Shown piece by piece: positions 1 to 9,685 of a stretch of 57,668 bases of DNA. The notes below the pieces were generated by a model. That model saw only the letters and a program-made list of their open reading frames with translations, searched no databases and was not told the DNA's origin. Made by a program: the position numbers and the translations under genes. This DNA is from Candidatus Saccharimonadota bacterium. GTDB taxonomy: Bacteria; Patescibacteriota; Saccharimonadia; Saccharimonadales; AWTP1-31. The stretch spans positions 33,583 to 91,250 of the forward strand of contig DAISWP010000002.1 of assembly GCA_036826335.1 (NCBI GenBank). Reading direction: 5' to 3'. Each line of letters begins with the position of its first letter. The stretch's first letter is position 1.

Positions 1-337
1 GCCCTGTTAAGTAGCCTCGCACCACAACCTCGATTTTATACGGCTTACACTTATGCCCAAGGACTACGTTCGGATCTGGAGACACAATAAGCCAGTTAGG
101 GATAATGTCCTCAGTTGCCTTGAGAAAATAATTAGCGATCTGGGCAAGAACTTGGCCTTTTTGCGGAATGGTAACGGGCAACACAAAATCGAAGGCAGAA
201 ATGCGGTCAGTCACAACCATAACAAGGTATTTGTCGTCGATAGTATATATGTCACGGACGCTCCCCTTTTGAAAGCTTGTTTGGCCGGGCAGCGTATACT
301 TTGTCTCTAAAATTGTATTGCGAATCACTGCCTTCAT
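1..337 (-). CDS. purC: SAICAR synthase (phosphoribosylaminoimidazole-succinocarboxamide synthase), N-terminal part; runs off the window start
   Basis: Absent from the ORF track because it is truncated. Minus-strand translation from ATG 337 gives MKAVIRNTILETKYTLPGQTSFQKGSVRDIYTIDDKYLVMVVTDRISAFDFVLP...IEVVVRGYLTG, the canonical long-type PurC N-terminus (DRISAFD motif). The plus-strand ORF 53..310 is its antisense shadow. Confidence 0.85.
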   Translation of the reverse strand, partial: MKAVIRNTILETKYTLPGQTSFQKGSVRDIYTIDDKYLVMVVTDRISAFDFVLPVTIPQKGQVLAQIANYFLKATEDIIPNWLIVSPDPNVVLGHKCKPYKIEVVVRGYLTG

Positions 338-410
338 TAAAGCGCACTTAGAAACAACTCGCAATGCCAGGGCAAAAAAGTTATTATTAAGAGCAATGGG
401 GGAAGCAGCA

Positions 411-1523
411 ATGACTATTGGCATCGTGGGTGGTGGCCAATTGGGGCGCATGCTTACATTGGCTGCAAAACCACTCGGCTTTAGTGTAACTGTCCTCGAT
501 AGCAGCAAAGACTGCCCTGCTGGGCAGGTTGGCGCGGACGTTATTGTGGGCGGACTGTACGACCCAAATGCACTGCGCAAGCTTGCTTCTGTGTCTGATG
601 TTATAACGGTAGAAATAGAACATCTCGACACAAACACATTGAGCCACATAGCGAAGAGTAAGCCCGTCTACCCCGCCCCAGAAACCATTAGAATCATTCA
701 GGACAAATACCAGCAAAAAAGCTTCTTACAAAAGAACAAAATACCAGTTGCACCTTTTATGGAGGTTGTAAATACGGCCTCGGCCCGTGAAGCATACTTT
801 ACATTCGGCAAACGAATGCTGCTGAAGACAAAACACGGCGCTTTTGATGGCCGCGGCAACTACAACGTCCACAGCGAGACTGATCTCGACCACGCTTTAC
901 ACGCAACCAAAGACAGCCAAGTATACGCCGAGGCATACATGCCATTCACCAAAGAGTTGTCCGTCATAGTGGCAAAAGATACGAACGGAGTTATCGTTAC
1001 ATACCCCGTTGTTGAGATGCGCCACAAACGAAACATCTGCGTCGAGGTTCATGCACCGGCAGATATTAGCGCGACGGTTGAGAGACGAGCACAAGCCTTG
1101 GCAAGGAAAGTTATCGCTCACCTAGATGGAGCCGGCGTCTTTGCAGTTGAATTATTCTTGCTCAAAGACGGTCATGTCTTGGTGAACGAGATCGCCCCAC
1201 GTGTTCACAATTCAGGACACTTTACTATTGAGGGATGCGTAACTTCGCAATTCGAACAACATATTCGTGCTATCACTGGCTTGCCGCTGGGTGACACTAC
1301 TTTACGCCAACCAACAGTTATGGTGAACCTCCTAGGAACTCGTAACTCATCAAAGATACCGCTCTTTAAGGCGGCTCTGGCAATCAAAGACACGCACATA
1401 CATTGGTATGGCAAAACACCAACCAAGATAGATCGAAAGATGGGCCATATTACCGTACTGGGCTCTTCAGTTTCACAGGCAACAAAAACAGCTCGTCGAG
1501 CTAGGAGGTTAATAAGCGTATGA
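411..1523 (+). CDS. purK: N5-carboxyaminoimidazole ribonucleotide synthase (ATP-grasp)
   Basis: ORF 318..1523. The conserved N-terminus MTIGIVGGGQLGRML starts at ATG 411, preceded by GGGGGA. The TTG-extended part would overlap the purC 5' end. The C-terminal KMGHITV motif is typical of PurK. Confidence 0.9.
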   Translation: MTIGIVGGGQLGRMLTLAAKPLGFSVTVLDSSKDCPAGQVGADVIVGGLYDPNALRKLASVSDVITVEIEHLDTNTLSHIAKSKPVYPAPETIRIIQDKYQQKSFLQKNKIPVAPFMEVVNTASAREAYFTFGKRMLLKTKHGAFDGRGNYNVHSETDLDHALHATKDSQVYAEAYMPFTKELSVIVAKDTNGVIVTYPVVEMRHKRNICVEVHAPADISATVERRAQALARKVIAHLDGAGVFAVELFLLKDGHVLVNEIAPRVHNSGHFTIEGCVTSQFEQHIRAITGLPLGDTTLRQPTVMVNLLGTRNSSKIPLFKAALAIKDTHIHWYGKTPTKIDRKMGHITVLGSSVSQATKTARRARRLISV

Positions 1524-2041
1524 AAAATCAAACACTCGTAGGCATTATTATGGGTTCTGATTCAGATCTGCCCGTTATGACAGAAGCCGCTAAGGTATTC
1601 GACGAGTTCAATATCGGTTATGAGGTTCGTATCATCTCGGCTCATCGCACCCCAGATGTTATGGTTGCGTATGCCAAAACTGCACAAGAACGTGGTCTGA
1701 AAGTTATCATTGCTGGCGCCGGTGGCTCTGCTCACTTACCGGGCATGACAGCGTCCGAGACAACACTGCCAGTACTAGCCGTCCCCGTTAAAGGAGAACA
1801 TCACGACCACGAAGCATTGTGGAGTAACGTAAAAATGCCCCCCGGTATCCCGCTGGCTACAATGCCAGAGAACGGCGCAAAGAACGCAGCGCTAATGGCG
1901 GTTGAGATCCTGGGGTTGCTCGATAAAGATCTACAGCAAAAATACATAGACTACCGCCAGAAACAGCACACTGAGGTTACAGAAAAAGACGACAAACTCG
2001 TTGCTAAAGGCTGGCGAAACTACTTAGGAGACAAACACTAA
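1520..2041 (+). CDS. purE: N5-CAIR mutase (class I PurE)
   Basis: 173 aa with GSDSDLPVM and AGGSAHLPGM motifs. Its start overlaps the purK stop (ATGA). Confidence 0.95.
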   Translation: MKNQTLVGIIMGSDSDLPVMTEAAKVFDEFNIGYEVRIISAHRTPDVMVAYAKTAQERGLKVIIAGAGGSAHLPGMTASETTLPVLAVPVKGEHHDHEALWSNVKMPPGIPLATMPENGAKNAALMAVEILGLLDKDLQQKYIDYRQKQHTEVTEKDDKLVAKGWRNYLGDKH

Positions 2042-2982
2042 TGACTACGCATCCACCACATACGACGTCGGTTGATGCGGAAGGAGTAGGGGTGGCTATG
2101 CTTGGTGTGAGCGACTTCGACGGTACGCAAGCGCGGACATTTGAACGCACACCGGACGGTATTGGTGTGAACGAAGCATATAGGCTTGCAATCGGTACCG
2201 TTATGGGCGAACGAGCATTAGCAACCTATATGCGTAATGGTGAGCACCGCAGCAGAACCGCATCTGAGATTGTCGCTTCGTAGGCCGGCGTAACCAGCCC
2301 CGAACTTTTTGAGGTCGCTGCCCGCAAAGTATCCGAAGGCGAGAGTATGGATGGCATACATCATGATCTTGTTCGCATTCATGGGCACCATTACGATGGG
2401 CTTTTTTCACCGACAAAAGAGCAAGTCCGTGCATTAACCGATGTTGTCATTGAGGCAAAATTGGAACCTTTACGAAAACAGATTGGACGAGCCATGCCCG
2501 AAGGTCAGGGTTTTTGGCCACGGCCTACCGTCGGGTTTATACCCTTTTCCCGGGCAGTGAGCGAACAAAAAATTGCACGCAATATCCAAACAGGCGTCAT
2601 CACCGCGGGTTACAGAGAATTCATATTCAACGTCTATGATTTGTACGAGATAGAGAGGCCGGATCTATTTATTTCTGACGTCGAGATCCAAGATATGTTC
2701 CCTGAATTGTCCCCGGAAGAACGCGCCAAACCCAACACGCTACCTATGGACATTATCCAGGAACGCTGGACACATAGTCTCGGCACAGAAGCACCTGATC
2801 AAACAATGCTTGGCGATCGTATTGGCTACATAGGGGATGACGAAGTTCGTGACGGTGGGCTGGCAGCCAACAGTGGTGTGCACTTTTTCAATGAGAGCGA
2901 CCCCGACTCGAATCAAACGTGGCAAGACTTTGCACGATTTCTAGGAATCGAAATCGAACCCGAGAATTGGCGAGAACAATGA
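2041..2982 (+). pseudogene. HAD-superfamily (type IA-like) hydrolase reading frame interrupted by one in-frame TAG at 2281..2283. Could be a pseudogene, a split gene or a readthrough candidate.
   Basis: ORFs 2041..2283 and 2347..2982 are in the same frame, and the 21 codons between them contain no other stop. Motif I (SDFDGT) lies upstream of the TAG. The ITAG, AKPN and YIGDDEVRDGGLAANSG motifs (HAD II-IV) lie downstream. The start overlaps the purE stop (TAATG). Confidence 0.5.
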
Positions 2983-3542
2983 GCAACAACAACTGGTACG
3001 TCATAACCGGGGGACCTTGCACCGGCAAAACAACCCTTTTAGCCGAGTTGGCAAAATTAGGTCACGCTACAGTGCCAGAAGCAGCCCGACTGGTAATCGA
3101 CGAGGGCTTCGCTGCAGGAAAAACGATTGAGCAAATTCGGGAAGACGAGAAATTATTTCAGTACCAGGTCCTTCGCCGAAAGGAGGCTATTGAGGCCAAA
3201 ACCGACAAGAAACCTCTGACATTTTTTGACCGCGGCATGCACGATACTATTGCGTATTTGCAGTCATACAGCTGGCCGATTGATGATGAAGTCAAAGAAG
3301 CCTGTCACATAGCCAGTTATGAGAAGGTATTTTTGCTAGACCCTTTGCCTTTTTTTGAAGAAGATGGCGGACGGACCGAAGACGCATCATTCACGCAGAA
3401 GATTAACCAGCTACTCGAAAAAGCGTATGAGCAAAACGGGCTAACCGTTATCCACGTACCCGTTCTTCCCATAAAAGACCGAGTTCGTTTTATTTTAGAG
3501 CACGTCAATAAACAAGGAAACAAGAAGGGCACAATTATATGA
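2979..3542 (+). CDS. P-loop ATPase, AAA_28/NadR-kinase-like
   Basis: MSNNNWYVITGGPCTGKTTLL Walker A motif. ATG 2979 overlaps the upstream stop (ATGA). The longer ORF 2919.. is an artefactual extension. Confidence 0.7.
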   Translation: MSNNNWYVITGGPCTGKTTLLAELAKLGHATVPEAARLVIDEGFAAGKTIEQIREDEKLFQYQVLRRKEAIEAKTDKKPLTFFDRGMHDTIAYLQSYSWPIDDEVKEACHIASYEKVFLLDPLPFFEEDGGRTEDASFTQKINQLLEKAYEQNGLTVIHVPVLPIKDRVRFILEHVNKQGNKKGTII

Positions 3543-4666
3543 AGCGCGCAACGTATGCTCAAGTTGGAGTAGATATAGATATAGAAGCAGCAGCAGCCAA
3601 GATTTTATATGAAGCCTCCAAAAAGACTTGGGAGAACCGTAAAGACCTTTTGGGCGAAGTAGTCGTACCCTTCGACGATTTTGCAGGCTTACGGTTCGTT
3701 CGAATAGACAAACTCCCGGCAGGAACAGTTATGTTTGGCGGTTCTGATGGGGTTGCAACGAAGGCTGAGCTTGCAGAGCGTGCTGGCAAGTTCGACACCC
3801 TTGCCTTTGATCTTATGGCCATGGTTTGCGATGACGCTGTTATTCGTGGTGGCGAGCCAGCACTGCTCAAAAGTGTGCTCGATGTTAATACCTTAGGGAA
3901 AGACAGTTCTCGACTCCCCATTATTAAACAACTGGCAAAGGGTTATGTCGCTGCAGCAAAAGTTGCAGGCGTGGCAATTATCAATGGAGAACTCGCGCAG
4001 CTGAACGATCGCATGGGAGACCTAAAGAATTTCCACCTAGAGTGGAGTGCCGATGTAACGTGGTTTGCCCACGAGTCACGACTTATCACCGGCTACGATG
4101 TCAGCCCGGGAGACAGCATTGTCGCGCTAGAAGAGAAAGGGCTACGTTGTAACGGGATCTCGTTAGTACGTAAGATTCTTAAGGACAGGTATGGCGAGTG
4201 GGAAAACGAAACACTGGGCAAGACAAAACTTATAGAACAAGCCCTGCTGCCATCAAAAATTTATAGTCCCGTTTTGCTAGACATTACCGGTGGTTACCGG
4301 CTGGCAAAAAAACCCCTAGCACGCTTGCATGCAGCCGCACATATTAGTGGCGGCGGCATACCCGAGAAGCTTGGGCGCATTCTTCGCGCGTCTGGTTTTG
4401 GAGCGTCTCTAGATAATCTCTTCAAGCCATGCGACCTGATGCATCACTGTCAAGAACTAGGCAATGTCACCGATGAAGAAGCGTACAGAACATGGAACAT
4501 GGGCAATGGCATGCTCTTAATTACACCCGATCCACAAGCAGTTATTGCAGTGGCCAAGGAAAATAAAGTTAATGCAAAGGTAGTCGGGACAATAGACAAG
4601 AAACCTGGTATACGGATTGTAAGTCGCGGTTATCATAAACCAGGCACGGAGCTCTTGTTCAAATGA
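3539..4666 (+). CDS. purM: AIR synthase-family protein (phosphoribosylformylglycinamidine cyclo-ligase-like)
   Basis: 375 aa with YAQVGVDID, GSDGVATK and DDAVIRGGEP motifs of the PurM/AIR synthase fold. ATGA overlaps at both ends. Confidence 0.8.
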   Translation: MKRATYAQVGVDIDIEAAAAKILYEASKKTWENRKDLLGEVVVPFDDFAGLRFVRIDKLPAGTVMFGGSDGVATKAELAERAGKFDTLAFDLMAMVCDDAVIRGGEPALLKSVLDVNTLGKDSSRLPIIKQLAKGYVAAAKVAGVAIINGELAQLNDRMGDLKNFHLEWSADVTWFAHESRLITGYDVSPGDSIVALEEKGLRCNGISLVRKILKDRYGEWENETLGKTKLIEQALLPSKIYSPVLLDITGGYRLAKKPLARLHAAAHISGGGIPEKLGRILRASGFGASLDNLFKPCDLMHHCQELGNVTDEEAYRTWNMGNGMLLITPDPQAVIAVAKENKVNAKVVGTIDKKPGIRIVSRGYHKPGTELLFK

Positions 4667-7600
4667 CAATGTATTTTGGTCCACCAGACATATCGAAAAG
4701 CACACTTAGGAATTTGCTTGTATCGGCTCAAGCCCTCAACGAGACAATTACCAACATCTCTGTGCAGTCTGTCTATTTTGTTCAAACCGCAGAGTCGTTT
4801 AATGAACAGCAGGAAAAAGAACTCCTCAGCCTGCTCAATGCGCACAAGAATCGGTTGTACAAAGAGGGGGGTCAGGAATATATCGTCGTACCTCGTTTTG
4901 GCACAATATCTCCTTGGTCCTCAAAGGCAACCGATATCGCACGTAACTCTGGATTGGAGCACGTTATCCGAGTTGAAAAAGGGTTACTCTATGCGATTGA
5001 AGGCTCTAAGCAAACAGATCGTGCCCGACTAAATGCATTGCTGAGCGATCGAATGACCGAGCAGGTCATTAGCAGCACGAACGATGCAGCAAACATTTTC
5101 GCGCAAACGAAACCCAAGAAACTTCGACGCATTCCGGTCTTAAAACACGGCGTTAGTGCCCTGGCAAAGGCGAACAGATCATTAGGGTTAGCGCTAACAG
5201 ATGATGAAATCGACTACTTAGCTTCAGAGTATACGCGTCTTAAACGCGACCCGACCGATGTAGAGCTGATGATGTTTGCCCAGGTGAATAGCGAACATTG
5301 TCGTCACAAAATATTTAACGCAAGCTGGGTTGTAGATGGTATCAAGCAACCAAAAAGCCTCTTTAAAATGATAAAAAACACGTACGAAAAGTCGAGCAAG
5401 GATATACTGTCAGCCTATTCTGACAATGCTGCGGTTCTGCAGGGGCCCAGTACGAAACAGTTCTCTAGGAATACTATGTCTCGTGAGTACGAAGAAGTTC
5501 TCAGGGATGATAATATCGTTATCAAGGTAGAAACACACAACCATCCAACCGCCATCGCACCATTCCCCGGTGCAGCCACGGGTGTTGGTGGCGAGATACG
5601 CGATGAGGGCGCAACGGGCAAAGGCGCTCGTTCAAAAATCGGGCTCGCTGGTTATAGCGTCTCTAATCTTTGCATTCCCGGTTTTATCCAGCCATGGGAA
5701 ACGAAGCAAGCACTGCCCAAGACTATTGCATCGCCTTTAGAAATTATGACGACCGCACCACTAGGCGCTGCTGCCTTCAGTAATGAGTTTGGCCGCCCAA
5801 ATGTCCTAGGCTACTTTCGAACGCTTGAGCAAACACACAGCGGAGAACGCTGGGGATTCCACAAACCAATCATGGCAGCTGGTGGGCTCGGCACGATTTC
5901 TTCAGATAATGTTTTGAAGAACAAGATTCGCCCTGGCAACAAGCTCGTTGTGCTGGGTGGTCCCGCAATGCTTATTGGACTGGGTGGCGGAGCCGCCTCA
6001 AGCATGCAAAAGGGCCAAAGTGAGGAGTCGCTTGATTTTGCATCTGTCCAAAGAGCAAATGCCGAGATGCAGCGGCGCGTGCAAGAGGTTATTTCTGCGT
6101 GCGCGAATCTTGGCGCAGACAACCCTATCGTTTCGATTCATGATGTGGGAGCCGGTGGTTTGTCTAATGCCCTTCCTGAGCTTGTTCACGACTCTGGTCT
6201 GGGTGCGGAATTTGAGCTTCGAGACATCATTTCAGCAGATGCTGGCATGTCACCACTCGAAATTTGGTGTAACGAGGCACAGGAACGCTATGTACTTGGG
6301 ATAGATACGCGTGACATTGCACCACTTCAGAAGCTGTGTAAGCGGGAGCGCTGCCCAATGGCAGTTGTAGGCACCGCAACAAAAAAAGAGACGCTTGTTG
6401 TAACTGATAGGGTGCACAATGAGTCTGCGGTTGAAATTCCCATGGCTCTTCTTTTCGGCAACGCACCAAAAATGGTTCGTGAATATGCTACAACAAAGCA
6501 AGAACTGAAGATTCCTCGTTACGAAACTATTGTATTAGACGAAGCAATCAAAAGAGTTTTACAATTTCCAGCAGTCGCGAGTAAGAAATTTCTTGTAACA
6601 ATTGGCGACCGCAACGTTGGTGGGTTGACCACACGTGACCAAATGGTAGGAAAATGGCAAGTACCTGTTAGCGACGTAGCCGTCAGCGCCTCTTCTTTTC
6701 ATGGGAAAACCGGACAAGCTATGAGCATGGGTGAGCGATCACCCCTGGCGCTACTTAATTCTGCGGCTGCTGCTCGGATGGCAGTTGCAGAATCAATTAC
6801 CAATATTGCGGCCGCACCGATTCGCACACTTTCAGATATTAAACTTTCGGCTAACTGGATGGCGGCAGCCGGGGTTGGTCATGAAGACCAGAACCTGTAT
6901 GAAGCTGTCCGGGCGGTTGGCGAGGAATTCTGCCCTGCTCTAGGCGTCACTATCCCTGTCGGCAAAGATTCATTAAGCATGCGAACTGTTTGGCAAAGCG
7001 GTAAGACCGAGCATGCAGTCACCTCGCCTGTGTCTCTAATAATTAGTGCATTTTCGCCTGTATACGATACGTCAAAAACCAGTACGCCCGAACTTAACAT
7101 CGAGGCGAAAACGCAACTGCTGCTGATCGATCTTGGGCTTGGCAAACAACGGATGGGCGCCTCAACACTCGCGCAAACATACAATAAAATTGGTGGGGAG
7201 ACGCCAGATATTGACCCTGGTGTATTATCAAAATTCTTTGGGTTAATTCAGACGTTTCGGAAGCAGGGTCTCTTGTTGGCGTATCATGACCGGTCGGATG
7301 GAGGCTTACTGACTACCTTGTGTGAAATGGCGTTCTGTTCTCGGGCAGGGCTACACATACAGTTAGACTCGCTGCCAGGTACTACGATTGAACAACTGTT
7401 CAATGAAGAACTTGGGGCGGTTATCCAGATTGAAACACAAGATCTGCAGGTAGTAACAGCAGCTATTGAAAAACTGCTCCCTGGTGCCGTACACCAAGTT
7501 GCGCAAGTTACCGAAGACGAGTCGGTGCGCATATACAAAGGTAAGAAGTTACTGTATACGAAAAGCCGAGCAACGCTTGAGTCCTGGTGGGCCCAGACCA

Positions 7601-8517
7601 GCTACGAAATTCAGAAACGTCGCGATAATGAAAAAACCGCATCGAATGAATTTAAGCTTATTCGAAGTGGTTACCCTGGATTGTTTACATATAAAGAACC
7701 ACTCCCTTTACGATCAACGCATAAAAAACGCCCAAAGGTGGCAATTTTTCGAGAAGAGGGAGTGAATGGTCATGTAGAAATGGCTGCTGCGTTTACTGAA
7801 GCAGGCTTCTTGGCAGTCGATGTGCATCAGAATGATATCCTAGATGACCCAACGCTACTTGATAGCTTTGTTGGTCTTGTTGCCTGTGGTGGCTTTTCTT
7901 ATGGCGACGTTTTAGGAGCTGGCGGAGGCTGGGCAAAATCTATTTTGCTCAATCCTTCACTCCGCCACGCATTTAAATTCTTTTTCGAAAGAACCGATAC
8001 TTTTTCGCTTGGTGTTTGCAACGGCTGTCAGATGCTTAGCAAGCTGAAGGAGTTAATACCCGGCGCCGATCTATGGCCAATGTTTGTCGGCAATACATCA
8101 GAGCGCTTTGAGGCTCGTATGGTAGTTGCACAGATCGGCACATCACCATCTATACTCTTTCGGGGGATGGAGAAGGCATGTCTGCCAATTCCTGTGGCTC
8201 ACGGTGAGGGCAAGGTTTTGTTCTCTACGACTAAACAAGAAAAAGACGCCATACAGAACAATCTGCTAGCCCTACAATATGTTGATGCGCCAAATAGACC
8301 AACCGTCCAATATCCCCTAAACCCGAACGGGAGTCGTCTGGGGATGGCCGGCTTTACCTCAATAGATGGACGCGTAACAATTATGATGCCCCACCCAGAG
8401 AGGGCTTTTTTGCCGAAACAGCTCTCGTGGCTACCCGACAACTGGAAAGACGCTCCGACACCTTGGCTGCGGATGTTTCAAAATGCGCGAGAATGGGTTG
8501 AGGAAAATCAGAAATAA
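4663..8517 (+). CDS. purL: Phosphoribosylformylglycinamidine (FGAM) synthase, large single-chain type
   Basis: 1284 aa with EHCRHK and VETHNHPTAIAPFPGAATG motifs. The C-terminal glutaminase domain carries GVCNGCQM and HPER. Organisation matches E. coli-type lgPurL. Confidence 0.95.
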   Translation: MTMYFGPPDISKSTLRNLLVSAQALNETITNISVQSVYFVQTAESFNEQQEKELLSLLNAHKNRLYKEGGQEYIVVPRFGTISPWSSKATDIARNSGLEHVIRVEKGLLYAIEGSKQTDRARLNALLSDRMTEQVISSTNDAANIFAQTKPKKLRRIPVLKHGVSALAKANRSLGLALTDDEIDYLASEYTRLKRDPTDVELMMFAQVNSEHCRHKIFNASWVVDGIKQPKSLFKMIKNTYEKSSKDILSAYSDNAAVLQGPSTKQFSRNTMSREYEEVLRDDNIVIKVETHNHPTAIAPFPGAATGVGGEIRDEGATGKGARSKIGLAGYSVSNLCIPGFIQPWETKQALPKTIASPLEIMTTAPLGAAAFSNEFGRPNVLGYFRTLEQTHSGERWGFHKPIMAAGGLGTISSDNVLKNKIRPGNKLVVLGGPAMLIGLGGGAASSMQKGQSEESLDFASVQRANAEMQRRVQEVISACANLGADNPIVSIHDVGAGGLSNALPELVHDSGLGAEFELRDIISADAGMSPLEIWCNEAQERYVLGIDTRDIAPLQKLCKRERCPMAVVGTATKKETLVVTDRVHNESAVEIPMALLFGNAPKMVREYATTKQELKIPRYETIVLDEAIKRVLQFPAVASKKFLVTIGDRNVGGLTTRDQMVGKWQVPVSDVAVSASSFHGKTGQAMSMGERSPLALLNSAAAARMAVAESITNIAAAPIRTLSDIKLSANWMAAAGVGHEDQNLYEAVRAVGEEFCPALGVTIPVGKDSLSMRTVWQSGKTEHAVTSPVSLIISAFSPVYDTSKTSTPELNIEAKTQLLLIDLGLGKQRMGASTLAQTYNKIGGETPDIDPGVLSKFFGLIQTFRKQGLLLAYHDRSDGGLLTTLCEMAFCSRAGLHIQLDSLPGTTIEQLFNEELGAVIQIETQDLQVVTAAIEKLLPGAVHQVAQVTEDESVRIYKGKKLLYTKSRATLESWWAQTSYEIQKRRDNEKTASNEFKLIRSGYPGLFTYKEPLPLRSTHKKRPKVAIFREEGVNGHVEMAAAFTEAGFLAVDVHQNDILDDPTLLDSFVGLVACGGFSYGDVLGAGGGWAKSILLNPSLRHAFKFFFERTDTFSLGVCNGCQMLSKLKELIPGADLWPMFVGNTSERFEARMVVAQIGTSPSILFRGMEKACLPIPVAHGEGKVLFSTTKQEKDAIQNNLLALQYVDAPNRPTVQYPLNPNGSRLGMAGFTSIDGRVTIMMPHPERAFLPKQLSWLPDNWKDAPTPWLRMFQNAREWVEENQK

Positions 8518-8544
8518 ATGCTGTCCGCATGATTGCACTAAAGG

Positions 8545-8550
8545 TATACT
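8545..8550 (+). promoter_or_regulatory. Candidate -10 box (TATACT) for the micro-ORF/sodC unit
   Basis: TATACT lies 24 nt upstream of ATG 8575, followed by an AAAGGAGG Shine-Dalgarno sequence. No clear -35 element. Confidence 0.3.
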
Positions 8551-8574
8551 AATAGTACATAAAGGAGGTCTTCT

Positions 8575-8697
8575 ATGTCATATTTTGCCCATCATAATGC
8601 GCTCCATACGGCCAATACTCACTTAGTTGCTGGTGTATTCGCGGCTGTTTTATTAGCTGCAGTCGTCATCGCCATCGTATGGGAGCAAAGTAAATGA
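8575..8697 (+). CDS. 40-aa single-TM micro-protein, translationally coupled to sodC
   Basis: Below the ORF-track cutoff. A strong RBS (AAAGGAGG) sits 6 nt upstream. Product is MSYFAHHNALHTANTHLVAGVFAAVLLAAVVIAIVWEQSK. Its stop overlaps the sodC ATG (AAATGA). Confidence 0.4.
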   Translation: MSYFAHHNALHTANTHLVAGVFAAVLLAAVVIAIVWEQSK

Positions 8698-9230
8698 ACG
8701 TGCAGCTAAAAGCGGAAGGCCTGAAGAAAACAAAAAGTGCTTCTGCCATCATCGCTGGCCAAGGGATTGAGGGCGTCGCAGAATTTACTGAGTACGATGT
8801 CGATGGATGGAAGTATGTTCATGTGCGCGTAATGCTTCATGGGAAACCTAACGTTCTGACGGCAGGTCATCATGCTGTCCACATCCATGAAAAAGGCGAC
8901 TGTGAATGTGATGGATTCAAATGTGCCGGTGGGCATTTTGATCCAGGGCCAAATGGCAATAGCGATCCAGATGCAAACCACGGCTATCACGCTGGAGACC
9001 TACCAAACATTCGGATAGACGAAAATGGTGATGGCATATTGGAGGCTATTACGAGCCGCATAACCTTATCAGACGGTCCTGTATCAATATTGTCCAAAGA
9101 GAGCGCACCCGAAGGAACTTCAATTATGGTTCACGCAAACCCCGACCCTCACACTCCCGGCGAGACTGGGTCGGGCCATAGTGGCGGACCACGGCTTGCC
9201 TGCGGCAAGATTAAACCTATAAGTACTTAA
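8694..9230 (+). CDS. sodC: Cu/Zn superoxide dismutase
   Basis: HAVHIHEKGDC, GGHFDP, HAGDLPN, MVHANPD and a C-terminal Cys match the SodC metal ligands and disulfide. No recognisable signal peptide in this ORF. Confidence 0.9.
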   Translation: MNVQLKAEGLKKTKSASAIIAGQGIEGVAEFTEYDVDGWKYVHVRVMLHGKPNVLTAGHHAVHIHEKGDCECDGFKCAGGHFDPGPNGNSDPDANHGYHAGDLPNIRIDENGDGILEAITSRITLSDGPVSILSKESAPEGTSIMVHANPDPHTPGETGSGHSGGPRLACGKIKPIST

Positions 9231-9280
9231 AATCGGGGTTAGAAAAGTGAGTAACAAGATGATTGAACGTTGTAGTTTGT

Positions 9281-9685
9281 ATGCAGCCTGAATCTCAAGT
9301 TGACAGTACTACATTCGAGGCCATGGTTAAACACGCCATCGACAATATACCCCCACAATATGGCGATCACATAAAGAATGTTGCTTTTGTAGTCGAAGAC
9401 CTCCCAAGCGAAGCGCAACGGCAGAAATTACATCTCGTTGACGGTGTCACCTTATTTGGGTTGTACGAGGGCGTACCGCTAACGAAACGAAGTTCAGGAT
9501 ACAATCTGGTTCTTCCAGACAAGATAACCCTTTTTCGTCTACCAATACTGTCAACGAGCCAAACAATACATGACGTCCAGAGACAGATAGACAAGACCGT
9601 CTGGCATGAGGTTGCTCATTACTTCGGGCTAGACCACTATAAGATTAAGGAAATCGAGTCGAAGAATATCAAAGGCCGGAGTTAG
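9281..9685 (+). CDS. Zincin-like metallopeptidase family protein (DUF1025-like)
   Basis: WHEVAHYFGL (HExxH) motif near the C-terminus. Start is uncertain (TTG 9263 or ATG 9281). Confidence 0.65.
   Translation: MQPESQVDSTTFEAMVKHAIDNIPPQYGDHIKNVAFVVEDLPSEAQRQKLHLVDGVTLFGLYEGVPLTKRSSGYNLVLPDKITLFRLPILSTSQTIHDVQRQIDKTVWHEVAHYFGLDHYKIKEIESKNIKGRS

Noticed and set aside
53-310. Plus-strand ORF of 85 aa at the window start
   Set aside because: It is the antisense shadow of purC. The minus strand here encodes an unmistakable SAICAR synthase N-terminus, and the plus-strand product has no recognisable features.
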